The notes: generated from the sequence alone by a model not told the origin. DNA of 64,000 nucleotides from an uncultured cyanobacterium (GCA_963703315.1 OY969811.1:2656001-2720000), one strand, 5' to 3'; shown: positions 50,248 to 60,530, counted from the stretch's first letter. A program made the numbers and translations.

Positions 50248-50576
50248 ATTTACTTTTTGATGAAAATCTGTCTCCCCAGTTGCCGATCCGTTTGAATGAC
50301 ATTTTCCCAAATTCGTTACACGTTCGAGATGTGGGGATGAAATCAACTATCGATCCCATAGTTTGGGATTATGCCAAGTCCAATGATTTGATGATTGTCT
50401 CGAAAGATTCTGATATGCACGACCTCAGCTTAGTATTCGGGAATCCCCCAAAGGTTATTTGGATTCGGCTTGGTAACTGTTCGACTTCACAAGTGGAAAG
50501 CCTTCTAAGAAAAGATTTTGAGGCGATCGCCTTATTTTATCAAGATAAGTATTTATCTCTGCTTTCCTTAGGATGA
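50244..50576 (+). CDS. DUF5615 PIN-like toxin
   Basis: LLFDENLSP, D..VWDYA, IVSKDSD, PPKVIWIRLGN; ATGA overlap with DUF433 gene. Confidence 0.85.
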   Translation: MNLLFDENLSPQLPIRLNDIFPNSLHVRDVGMKSTIDPIVWDYAKSNDLMIVSKDSDMHDLSLVFGNPPKVIWIRLGNCSTSQVESLLRKDFEAIALFYQDKYLSLLSLG

Positions 50577-50613
50577 AATAGTGCAATCTGACAATGAGTA
50601 AGTCCTAAGTCCT

Positions 50614-50964
50614 ATGTCACAGTTTTATTTAGATTTAATTCGGAATTTGCAAGGTCAGTTAAAAATATTGCAAGAGGCGATCTCCCTCCAGTTAGAACCT
50701 GCACCTGAAATTGTCAAAGACTGGCAGCGATCGCATAGTGCCATCCAAACTTTTTTCCAAACTAATATTGTGAATACTCAGCTAGAAGTCACACCTCACA
50801 ATTTGTCTTTACAGGTAGAAATCGACAAACAGCTAAAAATGCTTCGTGTAGATTTGACCATGTTGCAAACTTCACGCAATCCTACGACATGGCAAAAGCG
50901 ACATCAGCAGGCTGGCGATCGCTTGCGGTTATTACAAAAATATTGCCAAATGCACGCTAATTAG
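50614..50964 (+). CDS. patD: PatD-family protein
   Basis: EIDKQLKMLRVDLTMLQTSRNPTT.QKR.QQ..DRL..L..YC resembles the cyanobacterial PatD family. Confidence 0.65.
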   Translation: MSQFYLDLIRNLQGQLKILQEAISLQLEPAPEIVKDWQRSHSAIQTFFQTNIVNTQLEVTPHNLSLQVEIDKQLKMLRVDLTMLQTSRNPTTWQKRHQQAGDRLRLLQKYCQMHAN

Positions 50965-50982
50965 CCACTTAATTAGACACAG

Positions 50983-51019
50983 ACCCAGCCAAGAATTGCG
51001 CCGCAATTCTTGGCTGGGT
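50983..51019. terminator. Hairpin after patD
   Basis: ACCCAGCCAAGAATTGCG-C-CGCAATTCTTGGCTGGGT followed by T run. Confidence 0.65.
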
Positions 51020-51098
51020 TTTCTGATCATTGGTCAAATTTGGGCGCGAAACGTTTTGCTGTAAACTTATACAATAATTGATAGATATTAGTATAAAC

Positions 51099-51114
51099 AT
51101 AGTAAAAACTCTAT
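51099..51114. promoter_or_regulatory. Candidate NdhR/CcmR (LysR-type) operator
   Basis: ATAG-TAAAAACT-CTAT, 10 nt upstream of the ndhF ATG. Confidence 0.45.
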
Positions 51115-51124
51115 AGTAAAATCA

Positions 51125-52996
51125 ATGATCCTAGAAACAGCTTGGTTACTTCCTTGCTATGGTTTGCTGGGTGCAGGGCTGACACTTCCTTGGTCATTAA
51201 GGATAGTGCGTCGTACTGGCCCGCGCCCTGCGGTTTACCTAAATATATTAATGACAGTGCTTACCCTAGTGCATAGTTGCTGGCTACTAACCTCAATTTG
51301 GGGTCAACCGACTCAACAGTTTGAGTTTGTTTGGTTTCAAGCTCTTGATTTAAATATTGCTTGTTCTTTAGAAATTTCTACGATTAGCGCTGGTGCATCG
51401 GTAATGATCGCCACCATGAGCTTAATCTCGCAGGTCTATGGATTAGGCTCTCTAGAAACTGACTGGGCGATCGCCAGATTTTGCGCGTTGATTGGCTTTT
51501 TTGAAGCAGCGATTACAGGAATAGCTTTTAGTGACTCGTTATTTTTTAGCTATGCCTTGCTGGAAATGCTTACCTTGTCTACTTATTTATTAGTAGGCTT
51601 CTGGTATGCCCAGCCTTTAGTAGTGACCGCCGCTAGAGATGCCTTTTGGACAAAGCGAGTTGGTGACTTATTTTTATTAATGGGTGTGGTCACACTCGCT
51701 AATCTCACTAATAGCCTCAATTTTTCTGATTTAAAGGAATGGGCTGCGGCTCCAGAAACGATCGCCTATTTTGCGGATCATCAACAATTTGGCACTTTAC
51801 TAGGCTTAGCTCTCATCGCAGGTCCTCTAGGTAAATGCGCTCAGTTTCCATTGCACCTATGGCTTGATGAAGCGATGGAAGGACCTAACCCCGCATCGAT
51901 TTTACGAAATTCGGTGGTTGTGGGAGCAGGAGCTTATGTGTTGATTAAGTTTCAGCCAATTTTATCGTTGTTCCCAGTTGCCTCGGAAGCTTCAGTGATC
52001 ATTGGTGCGATTACAGCGATCGGGACTTCTTTGGTGGCGATCGCCCAGATCGACATGAAACGTGCCTTGGCTCACTCTACCAGTGCTTATCTTGGTTTGG
52101 TGTTCATCGCTGTGGGGATGCAACAAACAGACCTTGCACTAGGTTTGCTCTTTAGTCATGGTATCAGTAAATCTCTGTTATTCCTCAGTTCTGGTGCAGT
52201 GATGATGACCACGATGACTCAAGATCTCACAGAAATGGGTGGATTGAGAACCAGAATGCCCGCAACTCTAGTTGGTTTCATTGTCGGCTCCCTCGGTCTA
52301 GTGGCTTTGTTTCCCTTTGGTGGATTTTGGACACTTTTACGATGGGAAGAAACTTTTTGGGATAGCAACTCTTGGCTAGTAATCATTGCTTTATCAGTTA
52401 ACTGCATTACTACCTTCGGACTCACCCGAATGTTTGGGATGGTTTTCTTGGGACAAATTCAACCCAAAACCCGTCGCGCTCCTGAAGTAGCTTGGCAAGT
52501 AGCAACTCCCCTAATCGCTCTGACGATCATTACTTTGCTCGTTCCCATTTTGTTGCCATCATGGGGATTTGTGAATATTGACTTAAATACAGTTGATATT
52601 GCGGGTAGTGTGGCGCTAATTACATCAGGTTTACTAGGATTTGGTTTAGGTGCATATATCTATATGAAACCCTATGAAACAGGTAGCTCAGTACCATTGC
52701 CTCCAAGATTTCTGCGTGGCTCATGGAAAGCTATCTACGATTTACTTGCCTACGACCTATATGTACAAGCAATTTATAAATATACCGTAGTCTTAATCGT
52801 CGGTGGTGGCTCCAAGCTTCTATCTTGGGTCGATCGCTACTTGGTTGATGGTTCTGTTAACTTTGTGGGATTTGCTTCCATTTTTAGCGGAGAAAGCCTG
52901 AAATACACAGTAACAGGTCGATTACAGCAATACGTTTTAACAATCTTAATTGGTTTAATTCTGATCGGCTTTGCCGCTTTTTATAGATTGAACTAA
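51125..52996 (+). CDS. ndhF: CO2-uptake NDH-1 subunit NdhF (F3/F4 type, probably F4)
   Basis: RRTGPRPA, WYAQPLVVTAARDAF.TKRVGD, WLDEAMEGP, PKTRRAPEV. Confidence 0.9.
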   Translation: MILETAWLLPCYGLLGAGLTLPWSLRIVRRTGPRPAVYLNILMTVLTLVHSCWLLTSIWGQPTQQFEFVWFQALDLNIACSLEISTISAGASVMIATMSLISQVYGLGSLETDWAIARFCALIGFFEAAITGIAFSDSLFFSYALLEMLTLSTYLLVGFWYAQPLVVTAARDAFWTKRVGDLFLLMGVVTLANLTNSLNFSDLKEWAAAPETIAYFADHQQFGTLLGLALIAGPLGKCAQFPLHLWLDEAMEGPNPASILRNSVVVGAGAYVLIKFQPILSLFPVASEASVIIGAITAIGTSLVAIAQIDMKRALAHSTSAYLGLVFIAVGMQQTDLALGLLFSHGISKSLLFLSSGAVMMTTMTQDLTEMGGLRTRMPATLVGFIVGSLGLVALFPFGGFWTLLRWEETFWDSNSWLVIIALSVNCITTFGLTRMFGMVFLGQIQPKTRRAPEVAWQVATPLIALTIITLLVPILLPSWGFVNIDLNTVDIAGSVALITSGLLGFGLGAYIYMKPYETGSSVPLPPRFLRGSWKAIYDLLAYDLYVQAIYKYTVVLIVGGGSKLLSWVDRYLVDGSVNFVGFASIFSGESLKYTVTGRLQQYVLTILIGLILIGFAAFYRLN

Positions 52997-53028
52997 ATGT
53001 CATCATCTTTTCCTTTTCCTTCCTAAAT

Positions 53029-54540
53029 ATGCTAAGTACATTAGTCTGGTTCCCGATCGCTGGTGCGCTGGTTATCGTTTTATTAGGAGGAGTACTTGAC
53101 TCCAAACAGTTACGCAATATCTCTTTAGCAATAGCGATCGCCACCTTTGGCTGGTCATTATTTCTCATCACCAAATTTGATCTCCATCTTGCCACGATTC
53201 AATTCAGTGAATCACTAAGTTGGTTAGATCAAATTGGACTGAGTTATCGATTGGGTATCGATGGTCTGTCATTCCCCTTGGTTTTGCTAAATGGATTACT
53301 CCTCAGCATCGCTATTTACATCAGTAATGACATTCCACGCCCGAAGTTGTATTTTCCATTGCTTTTACTACTTGGCGGTGGTGTGAATGGAGCCTTTCTC
53401 GCTCAAAACTTGCTACTATTCTTCTTGTTTTTTGAAGTTGAACTAATTCCCCTTTATCTCTTAATTGCGATTTGGGGTGGTGAAAGGCGTGGCTATGCGG
53501 CAACTAAGTTTCTGATTTATACCGCTATTTCAGGGGTGTTGATTTTAGCCGCCTTTTTTGGAATGGCAGCCTTTGGCAGTGGCGATAACACTGGTTTTAC
53601 CTTTAACTATCAAGACTTAAATCTGGCAAATGTATCCAAATCCACCCAAGGAATTTTACTAGTTCTACTTCTATTAGGTTTTGGCATCAAAATTCCGATC
53701 GTGCCATTACATACATGGTTGCCCGATGCTCACGTTGAAGCTTCAACCCCTGTTTCGACCCTACTCGCAGGTGTTCTGCTCAAGCTCGGAACTTATGGAC
53801 TATTGCGCTTTGGCTTGGGGTTACTACCCGATGCATGGCAAGCGATCGCCCCTTTCCTTGCAGGTTGGGCAGTGGTCAGCGTCATCTATGGCTGCTTGAC
53901 TGCGATCACCCAAACTGACATGAAAAAAATGGTTGCCTATAGCTCTGTCGGTCACATGGGTTATATTCTCTTAGCCCTAGCTGCTGCGACACCCCTTTCC
54001 CTATTGGGTGCAACCTTTCAAATGGTTAGTCATGGTCTGATTTCAGCCTTATTATTCATTTTGGTTGGCATTGTTTACAAAAAAACAGGAACCCGCAATC
54101 TCAATGCGCTCAATGGTTTGCTCAATCCTGAACGAGGCTTACCGATTACAGGTTCGATGATGATTTTGGCAGCAATGGCAAGTGCTGGGACTCCCGGCAT
54201 GGTGGGCTTTATTGCGGAGTTTGTGATCTTTCGTAGCAGTTTTGCAGTTTTCCCAATCCAGACACTGCTTTGTATGATTGGCACTGGCTTGACTGCGGTG
54301 TATTTCCTGATCATGATCGATCGCGTATTCTTTGGTCGCCTATCTGTAGAGAAAGCTGGTAGCCCAGAACCAATTCAGACTTTTCCTTTTGCCAAATGGC
54401 AAGAAAAATCTCCTGCGATCATTCTGGCGCTGATTATCATTTTCTTTGGTTTGCTACCTAACTTTGCGACCAAGATGATGGAGAGATCTGTACAGGCGCT
54501 CGCCCCAAATCGCACTTACATCAGTCAAATAATTAATTGA
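53029..54540 (+). CDS. ndhD: CO2-uptake NDH-1 subunit NdhD (D3/D4 type)
   Basis: PLHTWLPDAH, LLKLGTYG, GLLNPERGLP; directly follows ndhF. Confidence 0.9.
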   Translation: MLSTLVWFPIAGALVIVLLGGVLDSKQLRNISLAIAIATFGWSLFLITKFDLHLATIQFSESLSWLDQIGLSYRLGIDGLSFPLVLLNGLLLSIAIYISNDIPRPKLYFPLLLLLGGGVNGAFLAQNLLLFFLFFEVELIPLYLLIAIWGGERRGYAATKFLIYTAISGVLILAAFFGMAAFGSGDNTGFTFNYQDLNLANVSKSTQGILLVLLLLGFGIKIPIVPLHTWLPDAHVEASTPVSTLLAGVLLKLGTYGLLRFGLGLLPDAWQAIAPFLAGWAVVSVIYGCLTAITQTDMKKMVAYSSVGHMGYILLALAAATPLSLLGATFQMVSHGLISALLFILVGIVYKKTGTRNLNALNGLLNPERGLPITGSMMILAAMASAGTPGMVGFIAEFVIFRSSFAVFPIQTLLCMIGTGLTAVYFLIMIDRVFFGRLSVEKAGSPEPIQTFPFAKWQEKSPAIILALIIIFFGLLPNFATKMMERSVQALAPNRTYISQIIN

Positions 54541-54587
54541 CACAAAAAAAGGAGGATGGGCTTTGCCCATCCTCCTTTTTTTGTGTC
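54539..54587. terminator. Bidirectional intrinsic terminator
   Basis: GACACAAAAAAAGGAGGATGGGC-TTT-GCCCATCCTCCTTTTTTTGTGTC between convergent ndhD and desA. Confidence 0.85.
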
Positions 54588-54589
54588 GA

Positions 54590-55630
54590 TTAAGCTGCTT
54601 TGTTAGCGGCATCTACTTCAGCAAAAGATTTGTAACACTTCTCAGCATCGTAAATATGGCAGCGATCGCCGATATCCTTCATCAATTCCCAAGAGAACTT
54701 AGTTTTGTACATATACTGCCCCCAATTCTCATCAAGAGACTTATGCGCTAAACGTAAATTATAGGAAGGAATACCCGTAGAAACGTGATGAGGAACATGG
54801 ACATTAATATCGTGACACAGCCATTCTATCCAAGCAGGATAGTCGCAATGTACGGTTCCAGTTAGCTGATCGGTCGCTGCGTGCCATTTGTCCTGATCTT
54901 TAAATTGAATATCAGGCATTGTGTGGTGAACGATCGTGAAGGTACTCATCCAGAAATGATAGACCAACCAAGGCATCAGGAAGAAATTAACAAATCCTAA
55001 GAAACCTGTGGTGTAAATCAAAGCTGGTAAAGCGATCGCCGCGAAAACAATCACTAAGCGATAGGAAAACTTAACTTGCTCTTGCTGACGCTCAGGATAG
55101 AGACTGGCATCAAAGTGTAAATTTGCCCAGTGAATAATCGAACCAATCCACCAGAAACGGGTGCGGATCAGACGATATACACCAGAAATCAAACCTTTGC
55201 CTTGCTCATATTCTTCAACAGTGAAAGGATACCAAGCATTATCTTCACCCATTTTATTGGTATGGAGGTGATGGTGATCATGCTTGAAGCGCCAGCAATG
55301 AAAAGGATAGAGCAAAGGTAAGAAAGCGATATGTCCGACTAGATCGTTAATCCAATTCTTGTTAGAAAAGGAGCGATGACCGCAGTCATGACCGATTACA
55401 AACCAACCTGTGAGGGCAGTACCTGTAAAAAACCAAGCAAAAGGCAATAAATACCAAGGAGAAAATGCGATCGCTGCGTAACCCAGTGCGGCGGCGGTTA
55501 CAGACAATAAAACACCCAACCAAGCCTTGAGAGGCTTTTTCTCAAAGTATTCAGAAGGGATAGTTTTGATAATGTCGCGGAGGCTAGTCTCAGGGGTAAG
55601 AGTGTGTGAGGAGTTTTGTATGGCAACCAC
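54590..55630 (-). CDS. desA: Delta-12 acyl-lipid desaturase
   Basis: His boxes HDCGH, HDHHH and [16 protein letters not shown]. Confidence 0.9.
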   Translation of the reverse strand: MVAIQNSSHTLTPETSLRDIIKTIPSEYFEKKPLKAWLGVLLSVTAAALGYAAIAFSPWYLLPFAWFFTGTALTGWFVIGHDCGHRSFSNKNWINDLVGHIAFLPLLYPFHCWRFKHDHHHLHTNKMGEDNAWYPFTVEEYEQGKGLISGVYRLIRTRFWWIGSIIHWANLHFDASLYPERQQEQVKFSYRLVIVFAAIALPALIYTTGFLGFVNFFLMPWLVYHFWMSTFTIVHHTMPDIQFKDQDKWHAATDQLTGTVHCDYPAWIEWLCHDINVHVPHHVSTGIPSYNLRLAHKSLDENWGQYMYKTKFSWELMKDIGDRCHIYDAEKCYKSFAEVDAANKAA

Positions 55631-55812
55631 TACTGAGCACTCCCTGCGGTGGTCAAACGTTGACGGCTCAAGCTTTGCAATTGCTGGAAAAGAACATCAA
55701 TATCAGATTGTAATTCCGCTAGTTCAGCTTGCACTTCTTCGGAATATAACTTTTTCGCGGTTACGTTCAATGTAGAAATCTCTTTGGTTGGGGCTTCAGT
55801 TTGTTTGCTCAT
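55630..55812 (-). CDS. Small protein translationally coupled to desA
   Basis: 60 aa with AAGGAAG RBS; stop codon overlaps the desA GTG start by 1 nt. Confidence 0.65.
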   Translation of the reverse strand: MSKQTEAPTKEISTLNVTAKKLYSEEVQAELAELQSDIDVLFQQLQSLSRQRLTTAGSAQ

Positions 55813-56056
55813 ACTTCCTTTTAAAACGCTTTTAAAACGTTGCGATCACACCACAAAAATATTTATGGAACAGATTCTAGCGTATGTGATGTGTATTTTT
55901 GTATACCCATAAACATATCTAATAAGTAATTATACGGATTAAGTGTAATTTTAACTGTCATTTGCACCACATTAACTACGCAGACAGGGGTAATAAACTC
56001 GTTGTTCCTAGATGTTTCGCAAATCTTGAAAGTTTTTAAGTTTAGTTTTATATAGC

Positions 56057-56125
56057 AAAACCCAAGAAGTGAGTTGCGGCGCGAAGCGCCGCAACTCACT
56101 TCTTGGGTTTTATGTCCTAAGCAAA
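56057..56125. repeat. MITE-like/REP hairpin
   Basis: AAAACCCAAGAAGTGAGTTGCGGCGC-GAA-GCGCCGCAACTCACTTCTTGGGTTTT + ATGTCCTAAGCAAA. Confidence 0.85.
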
Positions 56126-56166
56126 GCTTGAATTGCTTCATCTAAGTAGGTTGCGCCGCAACCTGC

Positions 56167-56586
56167 TTAGTATTTAGTACCAAGAGGTGTGTCAGCAAAG
56201 AGGATAGGGGCGATCGCGGCGGCTGATCCTAAACGATCATCTTGATATTCTTCGAGGCTATAGTACTGATCCATGCGATCGCATAGCCCTTCTGGACTCA
56301 GGCTTTGGATATTGTGACTAATAATATAGCTTTGAGCCGCAGAGCCACGGAAGGCTGCAAATGCTTCTTGACAATAGGCTTGCTTAGAATCATTGGAGGC
56401 GGTGATCCAATCTGAGCCATGCATATTTCCACTGAGAATTGGCTGACCATGAGCAGGGATCACAGGGTGACGTTCGGCAGCGATCGCTTGATTTGGTGCA
56501 GTGAATAGAGCTACAAGCGTCACAATAACTAAACAAAAGCCTATTAGAGTCCGAAAACGAAAAATTTGGCTCATAGATTTGTTCAT
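56167..56586 (-). CDS. Exported hypothetical protein
   Basis: Signal peptide ending AIA-AE; two Cys residues. Confidence 0.7.
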   Translation of the reverse strand: MNKSMSQIFRFRTLIGFCLVIVTLVALFTAPNQAIAAERHPVIPAHGQPILSGNMHGSDWITASNDSKQAYCQEAFAAFRGSAAQSYIISHNIQSLSPEGLCDRMDQYYSLEEYQDDRLGSAAAIAPILFADTPLGTKY

Positions 56587-56818
56587 TGTTCACATAAAAA
56601 GTGCTTAAAGTCGTTAAGGTTTGATAACATTTTCTGATTAATCGCACCAAACATATCAAAATAGTAATCGAAATAATACTGAATAGGTTGTATAGTCTAA
56701 ATTCTGGGGGTTGTTTAGATTTTTTTTAATCCCCAAACGATCAAGGTTTCGTTCAACATCTGTTGTTTACGATACAGAAAGGTTACTCTTCATATCCACT
56801 AAATTTTCAGCCCGCCCA

Positions 56819-57088
56819 ATGTCCGAACATTATCTAAATCATCCTACCTTTGGCTTGCTATCTCGCCTGTGCCAAGTAGATGAGTTTCGTAGTTTGTTCA
56901 CAACTCTCTACGCACAAAGGTTATTTTTCTTGATCACTACCTCGCCTGATGGTGTTCAGTTTGATCCCGTCTCGCGAGCAGATGCTAAGCTAATGGTCGA
57001 AAATCAGATGCGATCGCTGCGGCGTTCTGGCTCTGACGACGACCAAAAAAATTTACAACATATCCATAAGCGAACTTTTTCTCAATGA
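56819..57088 (+). CDS. pipX: PipX (PII-interacting protein X, NtcA coactivator)
   Basis: EHYLNHPTFGLL, LFTTLYAQRLFFL, 89 aa. Confidence 0.93.
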   Translation: MSEHYLNHPTFGLLSRLCQVDEFRSLFTTLYAQRLFFLITTSPDGVQFDPVSRADAKLMVENQMRSLRRSGSDDDQKNLQHIHKRTFSQ

Positions 57089-57993
57089 CCTCGCATATTT
57101 CTCTTAAGGCGGCGGCAAAAATTAATCTCTATTTAGAGATCACAGGTAATCGTCCTGATGGTTATCACAATCTGGCGATGATCTTGCAGAGCATTGATCT
57201 ATGCGATCGCGTGGATATTCGGAAAATTGGTACAGATGAAATTAAAGTGCATTGTACGAATCCTGAAGTACCTTGTGATCACACAAATCTTGCTTACAAA
57301 GCTGCTGCATTAATGCAGAATGCCTATCCAGATATCGGGGGACTAGAAATTGCACTCGACAAGCAAATTCCGATGGGTGCTGGTTTAGCTGGCGGATCTG
57401 CCAATGCAGCAGCAGTTTTAGTGGGGATTGATCGCCTTTGGGAGCTAGGACTTACGCAATCACAACTTTGTGAATTTGCGGCACTATTAGGCTCAGATAT
57501 TCCGTTTTGCGTTACTGGCGGTACGGCTCTAGCCACAGGTCGGGGTGAGATTCTCTCGCCTTTGCCAGACCTAAAGGATATGGTATTAGTCATTTGTAAG
57601 CCGCGTCAGGTGGCGATCGCGACGGCATGGGCATATCAAACTTTTAGGGCGCAAGGTTTACTCGCAACCAGCAGAATTAAGGATCAAAATCTATCTAGCC
57701 AGATGGTTGCCGCGATCGCTTCTGGTGGAGAATCTGCTGCTACTAAAATTGGACGATTGCTTTATAACGATCTAGAGCGAGTAGTTTTACCCGAATATCC
57801 TGTGATCGCTGATCTCAAAAATAAATTACTGGATCAAGAATGTCTTGGTGCAATGATGTCAGGTTCGGGATCAACGGTATTTGCGATCGCCGCCGATCTT
57901 GATCGCGCCCATAAAATTGCTGAAGCCGTCAAAACTGATGAGATCGATATATGGGTAGTGAAGAGCTTAGTAAGATCGATCTTTGATGCTTAG
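57085..57993 (+). CDS. ispE: 4-diphosphocytidyl-2-C-methyl-D-erythritol kinase
   Basis: AKINLYL, DGYH, IPMGAGLAGGS, LGSDIPF, MSGSGST. Confidence 0.96.
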   Translation: MTSHISLKAAAKINLYLEITGNRPDGYHNLAMILQSIDLCDRVDIRKIGTDEIKVHCTNPEVPCDHTNLAYKAAALMQNAYPDIGGLEIALDKQIPMGAGLAGGSANAAAVLVGIDRLWELGLTQSQLCEFAALLGSDIPFCVTGGTALATGRGEILSPLPDLKDMVLVICKPRQVAIATAWAYQTFRAQGLLATSRIKDQNLSSQMVAAIASGGESAATKIGRLLYNDLERVVLPEYPVIADLKNKLLDQECLGAMMSGSGSTVFAIAADLDRAHKIAEAVKTDEIDIWVVKSLVRSIFDA

Positions 57994-58029
57994 ACATCGT
58001 AGAAAAAGGGTCTTAGGGACGTGCAGTGA

Positions 58030-58092
58030 AATCAAGGAACCAGTTTTTTGTGGCGCGGCTACGCCGCGCCACAAAAAACTGGTTCCTTGATT
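58030..58092. repeat. Perfect 30-bp-arm REP-like hairpin
   Basis: AATCAAGGAACCAGTTTTTTGTGGCGCGGC-TAC-GCCGCGCCACAAAAAACTGGTTCCTTGATT. Confidence 0.88.
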
Positions 58093-58178
58093 AAGGATTT
58101 TCAAATTTTAGTTTTGGGATTAAGGTTAAAGTGGAGTCAAGCTCACACTTTACAACCTTAAAATCAATCTGCTCTGCT

Positions 58179-58781
58179 ATGTCCTACGATACTCCGCGCA
58201 TTGCCAAAGTCCACCGTAAAACTGGCGAAACCGATGTCACTGTGATGCTAAATCTTGATGGCACAGGTAAAGGCAATATCAATACAGGTATTCCTTTTCT
58301 CGATCATATGCTGCATCAGATTTGCTCTCATGGCTTAATCGATCTTGATGTCCAAGCCACAGGTGACTTGCATATCGATGACCACCACACCAACGAGGAT
58401 GTGGGAATTGTATTAGGACAAGCGCTCGGACAAGCATTAGGCGATCGCAAAGGGATTAACCGCTTTGGTCATTTTGTTGCACCTCTTGATGAGGCTTTGG
58501 TACAGGTTGCCCTTGATTTTTCTGGTCGTCCCTATTTAGTCTATGGATTAGTCATTCCCAATCAAAGGGTAGGAACTTACGATACAGAATTGGTGAAAGA
58601 GTTTTTCCAAGCTGTCGTCAATCATGCCCAGATGACTTTGCATATCAGGCTTTTAGAAAGCGGTAATTCTCACCACATTATTGAAGCAGGATTTAAAGCT
58701 TTTGCCCGCGCCATCAAGATGGCGATCGAAGTTGATCCACGCCGTGCCAGCGTGATTCCTAGCTCTAAAGGTGTTTTATAG
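58179..58781 (+). CDS. hisB: Imidazoleglycerol-phosphate dehydratase
   Basis: [35 protein letters not shown]. Confidence 0.96.
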   Translation: MSYDTPRIAKVHRKTGETDVTVMLNLDGTGKGNINTGIPFLDHMLHQICSHGLIDLDVQATGDLHIDDHHTNEDVGIVLGQALGQALGDRKGINRFGHFVAPLDEALVQVALDFSGRPYLVYGLVIPNQRVGTYDTELVKEFFQAVVNHAQMTLHIRLLESGNSHHIIEAGFKAFARAIKMAIEVDPRRASVIPSSKGVL

Positions 58782-58899
58782 ATAAAAATGGTGCAAAGCG
58801 CCATTTTTATCCATTTGGGAATGGTGTTTTATGTTAGTGTCAGGAATTATTCGTGTTTACGATGATCTTGATGTAGATACTGTCTTGAGTACCAAAAAG

Positions 58900-59886
58900 T
58901 CAAGAGGGAATTTGAACAAAATTTGGGTCGAAAGAACGCTGAGACTTGAGAACGCCAAAGACCTGTCGTAACAGCTTGTGCATGACAGCCCCAATGACAG
59001 ACATTTTGGACTTACCCTTAGCCGTAAGGCGAGCGCAGAAAGCAGCAATCGGCAAATTATAACGACGGGCAACAATCGCAGGCATAAACAAAGCTTTACG
59101 CAAACGCGAATTACCAATTTTAGATAAACGTGGCTTACCATGAATCGAAGAACCAGATGAGAACTCACGGGGAGTTAAACCCGCAAAAGCTGCCAGTTGA
59201 TCAGCAGTATCAAAGGCAGAAATATCCCGAATTTCCGCCAGTAATATAGTTGCGGTCAGTTCAGCAATACCAGGAATAGAAGTCAACAAATCCCGTTGAG
59301 ATTTCAAATGAGGGTGTTGATCAAAGTGCTGACGGATCAATTTTTTGGTCATCTCAATTTGCTCTTTGAGAAAATCAATGTGAGCATTAATTGCCTCAAC
59401 CAAAATTGGATCAGCCGTAGCAAGACGATTCTGCTCTTGCTGCTGCATAGCAGTTAAGCTATCTAAACGATGCACCAATGCTTGTAGTTGCTCAATTTCT
59501 AATGCTGGTGGTGTCCAAAGAGCAGGTTTTAAGGCTGCACAAAATCTAGCAATGACTTTAGCATCAGCACGGTCAGTCTTTGTACGACTTAACTCACTCT
59601 TGCCAAAGGCTTTGGGACGGGATGGATTAACAATACTTACTTTGTATCCTGCCTCTACTAAGAATCTAGCTAACCCATTGCCGTAAGTGCTGGTAGCTTC
59701 CATACAACTATGCAAGTTTGTCACATTTTGAAGGTTTAGCCATTCTTGTAATTCAGCAAATCCTTCAGGATTGTTGGCAAATACTTTGCTCTTGATTTTG
59801 GCGTTGCCTTGGATTAGAGCAACATCAAATTTGGCTTTGCTGATATCTATTCCTAAAACATCATATACTTCATTGTTATTGTTCAT
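58900..59886 (-). CDS. IS110 DEDD recombinase
   Basis: GIDISK, CMEATS, KTDRAD (DEDD), SIPGI, FSSGSS serine wedge, GNSRLRKAL; 328 aa. Confidence 0.95.
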   Translation of the reverse strand: MNNNNEVYDVLGIDISKAKFDVALIQGNAKIKSKVFANNPEGFAELQEWLNLQNVTNLHSCMEATSTYGNGLARFLVEAGYKVSIVNPSRPKAFGKSELSRTKTDRADAKVIARFCAALKPALWTPPALEIEQLQALVHRLDSLTAMQQQEQNRLATADPILVEAINAHIDFLKEQIEMTKKLIRQHFDQHPHLKSQRDLLTSIPGIAELTATILLAEIRDISAFDTADQLAAFAGLTPREFSSGSSIHGKPRLSKIGNSRLRKALFMPAIVARRYNLPIAAFCARLTAKGKSKMSVIGAVMHKLLRQVFGVLKSQRSFDPNFVQIPS

Positions 59887-59921
59887 TGGGGGGCAGTCCT
59901 CTTGCTAGATTTGTCCATCAA

Positions 59922-60125
59922 GCAATCAGTGGTATTGAACTATCCTTGTGAATGCAGGTTTACCCGTTGGGCGACCTCTGATACTGTCCAGTCTTTACTT
60001 GTTTCCACTGTTTAAGCAGAGACGACTCTATCTACAAAACGGGCTTGGTGTCCCTAGGGGCAGATCGAGTTTATCTCTGCTTTTGCTTTTTCGGATTGTA
60101 GTAAAGATTTTATCCTTTACTTTTC
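59922..60125 (-). ncRNA. Predicted bridge RNA, copy 1
   Basis: Reverse complement of the copy-2 RNA region with 1 SNP; transcript ends approximate. Confidence 0.75.
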
Positions 60126-60139
60126 CTCCTAGATACAAG

Positions 60140-60311
60140 GGGCAGAGCATTCCCACAGAAATTCATGGATTTTGAGATTGTTTTAATTTGGGAATGCTCT
60201 GCCCTAAACCCGCAACGCAGGGACAATTTATCGATGAAAGCGAAGAGGGTAGAGCATTTGCGTTTCGAGATGATGGATGAGTATCAAAATCTTGGCGCAA
60301 ATGCTCTACCC
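60140..60311. repeat. Two REP-like long-loop inverted repeats forming the IS110 target locus
   Basis: GGGCAGAGCATTCCC...GGGAATGCTCTGCCC (60140-60204) and GGGTAGAGCATTTGCG...CGCAAATGCTCTACCC (60247-60311). Confidence 0.85.
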
Positions 60312-60325
60312 CTTGTATCTAGGAG

Positions 60326-60530
60326 GAAAAGTAAAGGATAAAATCTTTACTACAATCCGAAAAAGCAAAAGCAGAGATAAACTCAATCTGCCCCTAGGGA
60401 CACCAAGCCCGTTTTGTAGATAGAGTCGTCTCTGCTTAAACAGTGGAAACAAGTAAAGACTGGACAGTATCAGAGGTCGCCCAACGGGTAAACCTGCATT
60501 CACAAGGATAGTTCAATACCACTGATTGCT
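60326..60530 (+). ncRNA. Predicted bridge RNA, copy 2
   Basis: 5' hairpin GTAAAGGA/TCTTTAC; stem AAGCAGAGA/TCTCTGCTT encloses TCTGCCCCT and TGTAG; stem CAGTGG/CCACTG encloses GACAGTATC and ACAAG; transcript ends approximate. Confidence 0.8.

Larger units (their letters stand above)
58875..60139 (-). mobile_element. IS110-family element, copy 1 (1265 bp including both CT cores)
   Basis: Reverse-complement match to copy 2; junctions on the minus strand TCTGCCC-CT-TGTATCT...ACAGTAT-CT-ACAT; no long TIRs. Confidence 0.93.

Noticed and set aside
60140..60311. Repeat-spacer pattern resembling a mini CRISPR array
   Set aside because: The repeats are inverted pairs rather than direct repeats and there are no cas genes in the window; REP-like hairpins explain it better.
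59948..60503. ORFs 59948-60175 (+) and 60306-60503 (-), MNAGLPVGRPL...
   Set aside because: They are antisense to the predicted bridge RNA and run across the element boundary; their duplication only reflects the two IS copies.
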